Source: Candidatus Omnitrophota bacterium (lineage in GTDB: Bacteria; Omnitrophota; Gorgyraeia; B26-G9). Taken from it: a DNA stretch of 64,000 bases. This document shows positions 27,470 to 36,718 of the stretch, piece after piece. The position numbers were made by a program, and so were the translations under genes. The notes beneath the pieces are model-generated. The model ran no database searches. It was not told where the DNA came from and saw only the letters and a program-made list of their open reading frames with translations. The stretch covers positions 391 through 64,390 of the forward strand of contig JAHITY010000099.1 in assembly GCA_018817165.1 (NCBI GenBank), in the 5' to 3' direction. Position 1 is the first letter of the stretch; each line of letters starts with the position of its first letter.

Positions 27470-28114
27470 ATGAAAGAAAAATCAAGATTAAATTATCTTA
27501 TTCCCTGGCTGCTATTTTATCTAGTAATCCCATTTTCATATTTGCTTCTTGGTAATTTTCCAAAACGGACTGTATTAAAAAATGCTATTTCTTTTTTGAC
27601 CTTAGGCGCGTATTTTATCATGCTTGGACAGTTTTATCTGAGCCGTAGCAATGTGATTATGCTGAGAGGACAGAAAATGTCTAAGGTTTTTAAACTGCAT
27701 AAGGTTCTGAGCTATATTTTTATTCCGATTCTTATATCGCATCCTTTTTTAATCGTTGTCCCTCGATTTTTTGAATCAGGAGTGGAGCCTATCGAAGCGT
27801 TCAGAACAATAATGACAACCTTTGGAAGCAGGGGAATTGTTCTTGGTATTTTTGCGATGGTTCTTATGCTTTTTCTCGGCATAACCTCGATTTTTCAAAA
27901 AAAAATGCAAAGAAACTATAGATCGTGGAGAATATCACACGGGCTTTTATCCAGTGTTTTTATTGTTTTAGCAACATGGCATGCTGTTGATCTTGGACGG
28001 CATACAGATATTATTCTGTCGGCATATATGATAATTCTTTTGACAGGGGGTATTTTCCTTTTAATAAGAACCTATTTTATAGAGATGCAAAGAGGAGATT
28101 CTAGAAATGGATGA
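27470..28114 (+). CDS. Polytopic membrane protein, possibly the di-heme b-type or ferric-reductase-like anchor for the downstream flavoprotein
   Basis: Several hydrophobic helices with conserved His residues (ISHPFL, RISHGLL, ATWHAV); overlaps the flavoprotein gene start. Confidence 0.35.
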   Translation: MKEKSRLNYLIPWLLFYLVIPFSYLLLGNFPKRTVLKNAISFLTLGAYFIMLGQFYLSRSNVIMLRGQKMSKVFKLHKVLSYIFIPILISHPFLIVVPRFFESGVEPIEAFRTIMTTFGSRGIVLGIFAMVLMLFLGITSIFQKKMQRNYRSWRISHGLLSSVFIVLATWHAVDLGRHTDIILSAYMIILLTGGIFLLIRTYFIEMQRGDSRNG

Positions 28115-29834
28115 AAAAGCTGAAAATAAAATTTCACGTCGACAATTTCTGGGACTTGCGGGTGGAGTTATCGGAGCAGGAGTACTTGCTTCAATAGGAT
28201 TGAATCCTTGGTTGACTAAAAATAAAAGAGAACTTGATTTGGACAGTATAGAATATCAAGAAAATGAAACCGACATTCTTGTTATTGGCGGGGGAATGGC
28301 AGGTCTTTTTGCGGCAGTAAAAGGTTATGATGCTGGTTCAAAAGTGCTTATGGTATCCAAGGGACGGCTTGGGACTTCAGGGCAAACACCTTTTGCTAAA
28401 GGAATGTTCGTTTATGATTCCTCTCAAGAAAAATTGAGTCTTGATGCGTTTACGGCTAAAGTTTCTGCTTCGGCTTTAAAGACAAATAATCCTGTTTATA
28501 CGCGACAGATGGCCGAACATTCAATGGCTAGAGTTAATGAATTGAAGAAATGGGGATTTTTTTCTTCCGTCTTTTGTCACAATGCTTTTATGAAGCCGAT
28601 TAAAGAAAGAAATATTCCTGTGATGGAACGAATTATGATTACTCATCTGATCAAGGGAAATGGGAAAATCGCAGGAGCAGCAGGTTTTAGCTTCGACGAT
28701 GCAAAGATTCATATTTTTAAGTCAAAATCTGTTATTTTGTGTACAGGTGCGGGTGGTTTTAAACCCAATGGATTTCCTATTTGTGATCTTACTCATGATG
28801 GGACGGTGATGGCTTATAATATTGGAGCTAAGGTGACGGGTAAGGAGTGGAACGACGGGCATTCCGGTATGGCAGAAAATGCCGCGGACTGTTATAACGG
28901 TTGGCACGGGATGTTCGAAAGAACTCCGGGTGTTACCGGTATAGAAGTTCATCACGATCTTGGAGTAGATGAAAACTATCAGGCTTATATGTTGGGAAAT
29001 CCTGTTAAGAGTGGGCCGGGTCGGTCTGCGGGGAAAACAGTTCAAGGTGGTCCGTACACTCCCGAAGAGTTTATTAGGCAAATGCCTTCAGGCGGAGATG
29101 GTCCTAGTGTGGATGGTGGTCATGAAGGTGGGGCGCCGAGTGGTCCGAGTGGTGCCTCTGTTGGTGGTTCCTCTGCTGGAATGTCTATTCATAAGTCTGA
29201 AGGTTTAGTTCCAATAAATGAGAAAGGAGAGTCAAATATCCCGGGTCTTTACGCCGCAGGCGATGCTTTGGGTTCATATATGGCAGGAGCAATCTATACT
29301 CAGATTGGCTCATCTCTTTCGGGTTCGGCAGTTCAGGGGGCGATTGTTTCGGAAGCTGCTGCAGAATATTGCAAGAAAACCGAGTCATCAGAAATATCTA
29401 CAAAATCTCTGACTATCATTAAAAAAGAAATTCTTGCGCCATTGAAGAGGGATACAGGATATAGCCCGGCATGGGTAACTCAAATTCTTCAGGGGATAAT
29501 GATTCCAAATTTTGTTATCTATATTAAGAAAGAACGTATTCTTAATGCGGCATTGGCTTATGTTGAAGAACTTCGTGATCACCATGTTCCTATGCTTAGA
29601 GCTGCTAATTTGCATGAGCTTAGATTGGCGCATGAAACTTCAAATATGATTATAAATGCTGAAATGAAATTAAGGGCGTCTTTAATGCGTAAAGAAAGCC
29701 GTTGTTCTCATTACCGGCTTGATTATCCTGATATTGATTATCAAAATTGGCAGGCATGGATAAATATTTCTAAGGATGTCAATGGTTTTATGAAGCTGGA
29801 AAAACAAGCATTTAGCAAATGGCCGGGGTATTAA
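28107..29834 (+). CDS. Tat-exported FAD-dependent oxidoreductase of the fumarate reductase / succinate dehydrogenase flavoprotein family
   Basis: Twin-arginine signal (SRRQFLGLAGGVIGAGVLAS), FAD motif DILVIGGGMAGLFAAV, C-terminal RCSHYRLDYPDIDYQNW as at the FrdA/SdhA C-terminus, and an internal Gly/Ser/Pro-rich low-complexity insert. Confidence 0.7.
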   Translation: MDEKAENKISRRQFLGLAGGVIGAGVLASIGLNPWLTKNKRELDLDSIEYQENETDILVIGGGMAGLFAAVKGYDAGSKVLMVSKGRLGTSGQTPFAKGMFVYDSSQEKLSLDAFTAKVSASALKTNNPVYTRQMAEHSMARVNELKKWGFFSSVFCHNAFMKPIKERNIPVMERIMITHLIKGNGKIAGAAGFSFDDAKIHIFKSKSVILCTGAGGFKPNGFPICDLTHDGTVMAYNIGAKVTGKEWNDGHSGMAENAADCYNGWHGMFERTPGVTGIEVHHDLGVDENYQAYMLGNPVKSGPGRSAGKTVQGGPYTPEEFIRQMPSGGDGPSVDGGHEGGAPSGPSGASVGGSSAGMSIHKSEGLVPINEKGESNIPGLYAAGDALGSYMAGAIYTQIGSSLSGSAVQGAIVSEAAAEYCKKTESSEISTKSLTIIKKEILAPLKRDTGYSPAWVTQILQGIMIPNFVIYIKKERILNAALAYVEELRDHHVPMLRAANLHELRLAHETSNMIINAEMKLRASLMRKESRCSHYRLDYPDIDYQNWQAWINISKDVNGFMKLEKQAFSKWPGY

Positions 29835-30150
29835 GATTAGGGGTTTATTTGATTATTTATTATACTAAATAAGATGCTTGATTGCGAAGCATTAAAGTTA
29901 TGTATAGGTCCTGTTATTTATATGCTTTAATAATAGAAGTTAAATCGGCTAATACCAGAAAGGTTATAAAACAAAAACAACAGAGTTTTTGATGCAGGGA
30001 TAAGATATAATTACATTAAGGGATAGTCTTTGGGCTATCCCTTTTTTTATAGATTTTTTATTAAGATGGAAACTTTTTTAAAAAAATAGTATCTAAATAA
30101 GTATAAGAGGGATTAATAAGGATATTAAAGGACTAATTAAAGGAGCTGAT

Positions 30151-30318
30151 ATGAATAAACCAATTCTAATAACTATTGTATTATTAATTTCCGCTACGTT
30201 TGTATTTAACTTGCAGGATCAACCCAAAAACCAAAATGAAATGCATTTAAAAATCCAGAAACGAGCAGCACAAGCAGTTATAGTAATTAAAGATTCCTCT
30301 GAGTTTGAAAAAATATAA
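30151..30318 (+). CDS. Small (55-aa) membrane or secreted protein
   Basis: ATG preceded by AGGAG at 30141-30145 (5-nt spacing); hydrophobic segment ILITIVLLISATFVF; found by hand translation, below the 60-aa cutoff of the ORF track. Confidence 0.4.
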   Translation: MNKPILITIVLLISATFVFNLQDQPKNQNEMHLKIQKRAAQAVIVIKDSSEFEKI

Positions 30319-30363
30319 AATAAATAATTTACCCAAAATCTTGATTAACAATAAGGCTATCCA

Positions 30364-30930
30364 ATGAAAAAAATAAAAAACAATACAGAAGCAATATTAG
30401 ATAAATATGCATCGTATGCGGCACTGATTCCTGCTATTAGTTTAATCATTTTTATGCTAATGCATGCTTTTTTGGGAATTTTAAACTTTGCGCATGATAT
30501 TTCAAGAATGATTAATACCCGAGATTTCGGCAATTTTCATCCTCAATCGCTCATATGGCTAGAGGTAGTAGCAACTATTATAATTCTCCTTAAAGCTTAT
30601 AAAGTTTTAATGTCTTATGTGAAAAATCACCATCTTATGCTTAAGGATTTATTAGAAATAACTTTTACTGCTTCCTGGTTAGAGCTTTTATTTAATGCTT
30701 CAAAATATGAATTAGATATGAAAATTATTTTTCTAGTTTTAGGATTATCAAGTATATTAATTTACTTAATATTCTATTCAAAAATAACGTCAATAAATGA
30801 ACTCTCCCATAAAAAAGAGGACGCTATAGCTAATTTTGAATCTTTTTCTCAAAAAAATGAAAGTAATAGAATAATACGGGACATCTATTGGAACCGCAAA
30901 AAGCATGTGGATTCCCGGGACTTCTTTTGA
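30364..30930 (+). CDS. Hypothetical membrane protein; its 3' end runs into a duplicated copy of the 3' end of gene 24275-25063 in another frame
   Basis: ORF track; TM-rich; 30878-30954 duplicates 24995-25071. Confidence 0.4.
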   Translation: MKKIKNNTEAILDKYASYAALIPAISLIIFMLMHAFLGILNFAHDISRMINTRDFGNFHPQSLIWLEVVATIIILLKAYKVLMSYVKNHHLMLKDLLEITFTASWLELLFNASKYELDMKIIFLVLGLSSILIYLIFYSKITSINELSHKKEDAIANFESFSQKNESNRIIRDIYWNRKKHVDSRDFF

Positions 30931-31098
30931 AGAAAATGAAATATAATAGTTGATATTTTTGATCTCAAACTTGAAACTAATTTAACCGCGGAGTTAAAAA
31001 ATACGGGAGTCCTTTTGGGCTCCCTGTTTTTTTAGAGTCTTTTGCTTTATCCTCCAGAAGCTCCCAAAGAAAAATCTTGACAGAATTATATTTTTGTT

Positions 31099-31134
31099 TT
31101 ATTATGTGAATGTGAAACCACATTCACATAATAA
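31099..31134 (+). promoter_or_regulatory. Candidate TetR operator, a 16-bp perfect inverted repeat TTATTATGTGAATGTG-aaac-CACATTCACATAATAA overlapping the -10 of TTGACA(31077)-N17-TATTAT
   Basis: Perfect palindrome directly upstream of the TetR gene start at 31149. Confidence 0.65.
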
Positions 31135-31148
31135 TAGCGGGAGAGTTA

Positions 31149-31748
31149 ATGAAAAGCAGTAAAGAAAAAACAGTTGTCAGGCAAGCGCAGATAATTGCTG
31201 CTGCTCTAGATGTAATTGCCAAGGATGGTTTTAAAGGTTTAACGATTGCGGCTATTGCCAAGAAAGTCGGTATTACCAATAGCAATGTTTATCGCCATTT
31301 TTCCGGCAGAGAAGCGATTGTTGAGGCAATCGTGAGCGAAGTTGAGATTAGTTTGCAAAAGATAATAAGTGAGGCATGTAGTAAAAATAATTTGCCTAGC
31401 CAATGTCTTGAGAATATTTTTTTGAAACACATTGAATTTTTAGAGACGCATAGAGGAATACCGCGGGTTATTTTCTCTGATGAAATGTATTCAGGGAATG
31501 AATTGCTAATTAGGAGGTTAAGGGGAATTGTTAAGCAGTACATGGGGGGAATAAAGAAGGTATTGAAAAAAGGGGTAGAGGAAAAAGAATTTGACTCAGG
31601 GTTAGATATTGATGCCGCGGCTATGACTTTTATGGGGTTTATTCAATCAACAGCTTTACAATGGATTTTATTTCGCTATTCGTTTTCTCCCAAAAAAAGA
31701 GGTAAAAAGATATGGAAAATATATTTAAGAGGAATATACTCAAGATAA
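31149..31748 (+). CDS. TetR-family transcriptional repressor
   Basis: N-terminal HTH IIAAALDVIAKDGFKGLTIAAIAKKVGITNSNVYRHF. Confidence 0.8.
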   Translation: MKSSKEKTVVRQAQIIAAALDVIAKDGFKGLTIAAIAKKVGITNSNVYRHFSGREAIVEAIVSEVEISLQKIISEACSKNNLPSQCLENIFLKHIEFLETHRGIPRVIFSDEMYSGNELLIRRLRGIVKQYMGGIKKVLKKGVEEKEFDSGLDIDAAAMTFMGFIQSTALQWILFRYSFSPKKRGKKIWKIYLRGIYSR

Positions 31749-33085
31749 TCAGCCTGGTTTTTCTCGGGACAATTGGTTTTGGTTCATGTTTATATGCTGA
31801 GATCATCGAAATCAGGCAAGTTTCTTTGTCTTTAGAGGATGCGATCTCATTGGCTTTTAAGAATAATAAAGATATTCTTATCCAGGAAAATGAAATCAAA
31901 GCCGCGAAAGCGAGGATTTTAGGAGCAAGAGGTGAATTTTTGCCAAAGGTTAATATTAATGGTGGCTATACGCACAGAGATTCAGTGATGAATTTGGGCG
32001 CGGCACAAGCCAGTAATTCAGATAAAGACCCTGGCGTGTTTGTGGGATATGAAGATGAAAAAAGGGTCGGCGTATCTGTAGAACAGGCACTATTTAAAGG
32101 TGGGAAGAATATCGCGAATTTAAAACAAGCAAACTTGAGGCTTAAAGTTCAGAAAGAGAATCTGCGTTTACGAAAGCTGGCTGTTGAGTTTGAAACCCAG
32201 CGACTCTATTATGGGATACTTCTCGCTTATGAGACTGAACGCATAGCTCAAGAATTACTCGATCAGGCGCAAGCACATTATGAGATTGTTAAGAAAAAAT
32301 TCGAGCAGGGAGCGGTGTCAAAATTTGACCTGCTGCAATCAAAAGTTCAGGTTTCCAAAGTAGTGCCGCAGCTTGTGCGGGCTCAAAACGCGAAAGAATT
32401 GATAATTGAAGAGTTTAAGAAGTTAATCGGTATAGATAGAAAGGAAATTGTTTTATTTCAGGATAAGTTGACTTATTCCGCAATTGATATAGATGAAGCA
32501 AAATTTTTGCAACTGGCTTATGAGCGAAGGCCGGATGTAATCATAAAAGCCCTTGAGATCAAGATTGGACAGCAGGGAATTTTAGCGGCAAAGGCGAGCG
32601 GAAGACCAGGAGTTAATGCCGGGTTTAACTATGATTATAAATCAGATGATGCCGAAGCGCTTTTTAACTCAAGGCATAATAATTGGAATATTGGGATTTC
32701 CATAAGTATTCCTGTGTTTGACGGCTTTTCAGCTAAGGCAAAGGTCGATGAAGCAAAAGCAAAATACGCGCAGGCAGAGTTGAGTAAGCAAGACGCGGCA
32801 GAAACAGTTTCGTTGGAAGTGAGCCAGGGAGTATTAAATCTAATTCAAGCCCAGGCAATTATTGAATCACAGCAAGACAGCGTTGAAGCAGCCAAGGAAG
32901 CGGTAAAGATAGCAGAAGTCAGATATGAAAACGGCGGAGGGACAAATATTGATGTCTTAGATACGCAAATATCCTTGAGTCAGATAGAGGAAAATCTTAG
33001 CCAAGGAATTTACGAGTATCTTATGGGGCATGCCTATTTAAATAAAACTATGGGCGTTAATTTATTTGAGGAGGAGACAAAATGA
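31712..33085 (+). CDS. TolC-like outer-membrane efflux protein (OMF family)
   Basis: Signal peptide, two repeated coiled-coil/beta-barrel halves, about 457 aa, sits in an efflux operon. Confidence 0.7.
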   Translation: MENIFKRNILKIISLVFLGTIGFGSCLYAEIIEIRQVSLSLEDAISLAFKNNKDILIQENEIKAAKARILGARGEFLPKVNINGGYTHRDSVMNLGAAQASNSDKDPGVFVGYEDEKRVGVSVEQALFKGGKNIANLKQANLRLKVQKENLRLRKLAVEFETQRLYYGILLAYETERIAQELLDQAQAHYEIVKKKFEQGAVSKFDLLQSKVQVSKVVPQLVRAQNAKELIIEEFKKLIGIDRKEIVLFQDKLTYSAIDIDEAKFLQLAYERRPDVIIKALEIKIGQQGILAAKASGRPGVNAGFNYDYKSDDAEALFNSRHNNWNIGISISIPVFDGFSAKAKVDEAKAKYAQAELSKQDAAETVSLEVSQGVLNLIQAQAIIESQQDSVEAAKEAVKIAEVRYENGGGTNIDVLDTQISLSQIEENLSQGIYEYLMGHAYLNKTMGVNLFEEETK

Positions 33086-33912
33086 AGAAAAAAATAAAAA
33101 TAATTTTGATCATAGTAGTTATTGGCTTTATTTCGATAAATATTTTTAAGCATTTTCAAAATAAAACGGCTAGTGATTCTTTGCCTATTTCCGGGACAGT
33201 TGAGGCCACTGAGGTCCGCTTATCTTTTCAGGTGGGAGGAAAAATTAAAGAAATTCTGACAGATGAAGGTAAATTTGTCAAGCAGGGAGAAGTCTTGTCC
33301 AGCTTAGACAAAGAGGAGCTTGGGGCAATAAAAAAACAGTCAGAGGCAGCGTATGAAGAAGCGAAACTTAACTACGAAAGGCTGGAAGAGGATTATTCCC
33401 GCGCGGAAAATCTCTATAAAGCCGGGGCAGTGCCGCAACAACAACGAGATGCTGTAAAAACAAATTTCGGTGTTGCTAAAGCCAAAATGGAGACGCTGCA
33501 ATCATCTTTGGATTTGACAAATTTAAGATTAAGCTACGCGGATTTACGTTCACCTTTAGACAGTTTTATTCTGGTGAAGAGTGCTGAAGTGGGGGAAGTT
33601 ATTCAGCCGGGGGCTTCGGTTTTTACCGTGATTGATTTAAAGAATGTATGGATTACGGGATATATCAATGAAACAGATTTGGGTAAAGTTAAACTTAATC
33701 AGGAGGCGAATATTCAGATAGATACTTATCCGAATAAGAAATATAAGGGAAGGGTGTCATTTATTTCTCAACAGTCGGAATTTACGCCCAAATATATTCA
33801 GACAGTTGAAGAAAGAACCAAACTTGTGTATCGGATTAAGATCAATGTAGATAATTCTGATTTTGAATTAAAGCCGGGAATGCCAGCGGATGCTTATATC
33901 CAAATAAGGTGA
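33082..33912 (+). CDS. HlyD-family membrane fusion protein (periplasmic adaptor)
   Basis: N-terminal TM, coiled-coil, biotinyl-lipoyl-like and beta-barrel segments; YbhG-like operon position. Confidence 0.7.
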   Translation: MKKKIKIILIIVVIGFISINIFKHFQNKTASDSLPISGTVEATEVRLSFQVGGKIKEILTDEGKFVKQGEVLSSLDKEELGAIKKQSEAAYEEAKLNYERLEEDYSRAENLYKAGAVPQQQRDAVKTNFGVAKAKMETLQSSLDLTNLRLSYADLRSPLDSFILVKSAEVGEVIQPGASVFTVIDLKNVWITGYINETDLGKVKLNQEANIQIDTYPNKKYKGRVSFISQQSEFTPKYIQTVEERTKLVYRIKINVDNSDFELKPGMPADAYIQIR

Positions 33913-33919
33913 GCAATAA

Positions 33920-34648
33920 ATGATTAAAACAAATAGATTAACTCGAAAGTTTGCTAATGTGAAGGCGGTTGATGCTCTGTCACTTGAAATCCCCAAGGGA
34001 GAAATTTTTGGTTTGGTCGGTCCTGACGGTGCCGGTAAAACTACGACGATGCGCTTGTTAACCGGCATCTTAGAGCCGACAAGCGGTCAGGCGTGGGTAA
34101 ACGGAAGCGACATTGTCAAAGACTCTGAGAAAATAAAAGAAAATATTGCCTATATGTCGCAACGCTTTGGGCTATACGGGGATTTGACCGTAATGGAAAA
34201 TATTAATTTTTACGCGGACATTTATTCTGTTCCGGCAAAAGAAAGGCCTGAGCAAATAAAGCGGCTTTTGAATTTTTCAAATTTAACGCCGTTTAAGGAT
34301 AGGCTGGCCCGGAACCTTTCGGGCGGGATGAAACAAAAACTGGGGCTTGCTTGCGCGCTTGTGCACACTCCGCAAGTTCTTTTCTTGGATGAACCGACGA
34401 ATGGGGTTGACCCTGTCTCCCGAAGAGATTTTTGGCGAATCCTTTATCAGCTTTTAAAAGAAAAAGTGACGATATTTTATTCAACGGCCTATTTAGATGA
34501 AGCCGAGCGGTGTAAAAGAGTCGGGCTTATCCATAAAGGTAGGCTGCTTCGATGTGATGTTCCTTTGAATATAAAAAAAGAAAGAAACGCTAAAACTCTT
34601 GAGCAAGCATTTATCTCTATCATAAGCGAGTATAAAGATGAAAAGTGA
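33920..34648 (+). CDS. ABC transporter ATP-binding protein 1
   Basis: Walker A GPDGAGKTT, signature LSGGMKQK, Walker B LFLDEPTNGVD. Confidence 0.85.
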   Translation: MIKTNRLTRKFANVKAVDALSLEIPKGEIFGLVGPDGAGKTTTMRLLTGILEPTSGQAWVNGSDIVKDSEKIKENIAYMSQRFGLYGDLTVMENINFYADIYSVPAKERPEQIKRLLNFSNLTPFKDRLARNLSGGMKQKLGLACALVHTPQVLFLDEPTNGVDPVSRRDFWRILYQLLKEKVTIFYSTAYLDEAERCKRVGLIHKGRLLRCDVPLNIKKERNAKTLEQAFISIISEYKDEK

Positions 34649-35591
34649 AAAAGCAGTTGAAGTCATAAATCTAGAAAAAAAATTCGGAAAGTTTACAGCG
34701 GTCAACCGAATTAGTTTTGCGGTCAATAAAGGGGAAATTTTTGGTTTTCTCGGGCCTAATGGCGCGGGAAAATCGACGACGATTAGGATGTTGTGCGGGA
34801 TTCTTTCTCCCACGTCAGGCGATGGGCATGTGGGAGGCAACAATATTATAAAAGAACAAGAAGCGATAAAACAAAACATTGGATATATGTCACAGAAGTT
34901 TTCTTTGTATGATGATCTGACTGTTGAGGAAAATATTAACTTTTATAGCGGGATATACCGAATAAGTGATCAAAAAAAAGCGGAAAGAAAAGAGTGGGTT
35001 ATTAAAATGGCCGGGCTAGAGGATCTAAGGTCCAGCCGGACAGCGATTCTTGCCGGAGGATGGAAACAGCGTCTGGCCTTGGGGTGCGCAATTATTCATG
35101 AACCCAAAATCGTATTCTTAGATGAACCGACATCCGGGGTTGATCCGATATCCCGACGCGATTTTTGGATACTTATTAAGGAAATGGCGAAAAATGGGGT
35201 AACGGTTTTTGTGACAACGCATTATATGGATGAAGCGGAAAATTGTAATCGGATAGCGCTGATCTATAAAGGTAATATTATTGCTTTGGGCAGTCCGCAT
35301 GAATTAAAAACTGAAATTATGCGGGAAGAGGTGTTAGAAATAATAATTGATACTCCGGAGGATTGGATTGAACGTTTGATGAAGCTGGAAGTTGTTAAAG
35401 AGATTGCTTTGTTTGGAAACGCGCTTCACGCGGTTGTGGAAAACGCTGAATTGTCTATACCGCTGATCAAAGACTTTTTAACAAATGAGAAAGCGAGTAA
35501 TTATAAGATCGAAAAGATTGAACCATCTTTGGAAGATGTGTTTGTTTCACTGATCGAGTCTTATGATAAAAATGAGGAAAAGATAAAGTGA
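34638..35591 (+). CDS. ABC transporter ATP-binding protein 2
   Basis: Walker A GPNGAGKST, signature variant (LAGGWKQR), Walker B VFLDEPTSGVD. Confidence 0.85.
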   Translation: MKSEKAVEVINLEKKFGKFTAVNRISFAVNKGEIFGFLGPNGAGKSTTIRMLCGILSPTSGDGHVGGNNIIKEQEAIKQNIGYMSQKFSLYDDLTVEENINFYSGIYRISDQKKAERKEWVIKMAGLEDLRSSRTAILAGGWKQRLALGCAIIHEPKIVFLDEPTSGVDPISRRDFWILIKEMAKNGVTVFVTTHYMDEAENCNRIALIYKGNIIALGSPHELKTEIMREEVLEIIIDTPEDWIERLMKLEVVKEIALFGNALHAVVENAELSIPLIKDFLTNEKASNYKIEKIEPSLEDVFVSLIESYDKNEEKIK

Positions 35592-36718
35592 ATTTAATCA
35601 GAGTTAAGGCTATTGCCCAAAAAGAATTTATTCATATTTTCCGTGATCCAAGGAGCCTGGGGATGGCGATTGCTATCCCAATGCTTTTATTGATTTTATT
35701 TGGTTATGCCTTGACCTTAGATGTGGATAATGTCCCATTGGTGATATGGGACCAGGATAAAACACAAATGTCGCAAGATTACATTTTGGATTTTAAAAAT
35801 TCGCCGTATTTTAATATCGTCGGATATTTTGAGGGATATCAAGATCTTCAGGCAGCTATTGATAAAAATCAGGCGCTGATGGCCATGGTTGTTCCCACTG
35901 ATTTTTCTCGGCGAATTGAATCTAATCAGAATACGCCGGTGCAACTTTTGGTTGATGGCAGTGATTCAAACACCGCGACGATTGCTATCGGGTATGTTAC
36001 CGCGGTTACTGCGAAATATAATAAGAATCTTATTGTTAATGAGTTGTCGCAGTTAGGGATTAAAGATATGACGCCTATCGATATGCGCTCAAGGGTTTGG
36101 TTTAATGCTGATTTAAAGAGTAGAAATTACATTATTCCGGGACTTATTGCCGTGATTATGATGGTTATCGCCGCCTTGTTGACGTCATTAACTGTGGCTA
36201 AAGAATGGGAATCCGGAACAATGGAACAGCTGATCTCAACCCCGGTTAAATCAAATGAACTTATTCTGGGAAAACTCATTCCTTATTTTACGATTGGGCT
36301 GTTTGATGTTGTTGTAGCGGTCGCGATGGGGCAGTTTTTATTTCATGTGCCATTACGGGGAAATGTGGCTTTGCTGTTTATTTTAAGCGGATTCTTTTTG
36401 GTCGGGGCATTGAGTTTGGGGATGCTTATTTCTATTGTGACTAAGAATCAACTTGTGGCAAGTCAGTTGGCCATGGTTACGACATTCTTGCCCGCGTTTT
36501 TACTCTCGGGGTTTATGTATTCTATCGCGAATATGCCCAAAGCCATACAAGTGTTAACACATCTTATTCCGGCACGCTATTTTGTTGTAATTTTGAAAGG
36601 GATTTATTTAAAAGGGGTGGGAATGAAAGTCCTGGGTATACAGGTTTTTTATTTGTTTTTGTTCGCTGTTATTGTTCTGAATGTTGCCAATAGAAAATTC
36701 AAAAAGAAGGTCGGCTAA
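35588..36718 (+). CDS. ABC-2 type transporter permease (YbhS/YbhR-like)
   Basis: 376 aa; N-terminal FRDPRSLGMAIAIP; six C-terminal TM helices. Confidence 0.7.
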   Translation: MNLIRVKAIAQKEFIHIFRDPRSLGMAIAIPMLLLILFGYALTLDVDNVPLVIWDQDKTQMSQDYILDFKNSPYFNIVGYFEGYQDLQAAIDKNQALMAMVVPTDFSRRIESNQNTPVQLLVDGSDSNTATIAIGYVTAVTAKYNKNLIVNELSQLGIKDMTPIDMRSRVWFNADLKSRNYIIPGLIAVIMMVIAALLTSLTVAKEWESGTMEQLISTPVKSNELILGKLIPYFTIGLFDVVVAVAMGQFLFHVPLRGNVALLFILSGFFLVGALSLGMLISIVTKNQLVASQLAMVTTFLPAFLLSGFMYSIANMPKAIQVLTHLIPARYFVVILKGIYLKGVGMKVLGIQVFYLFLFAVIVLNVANRKFKKKVG

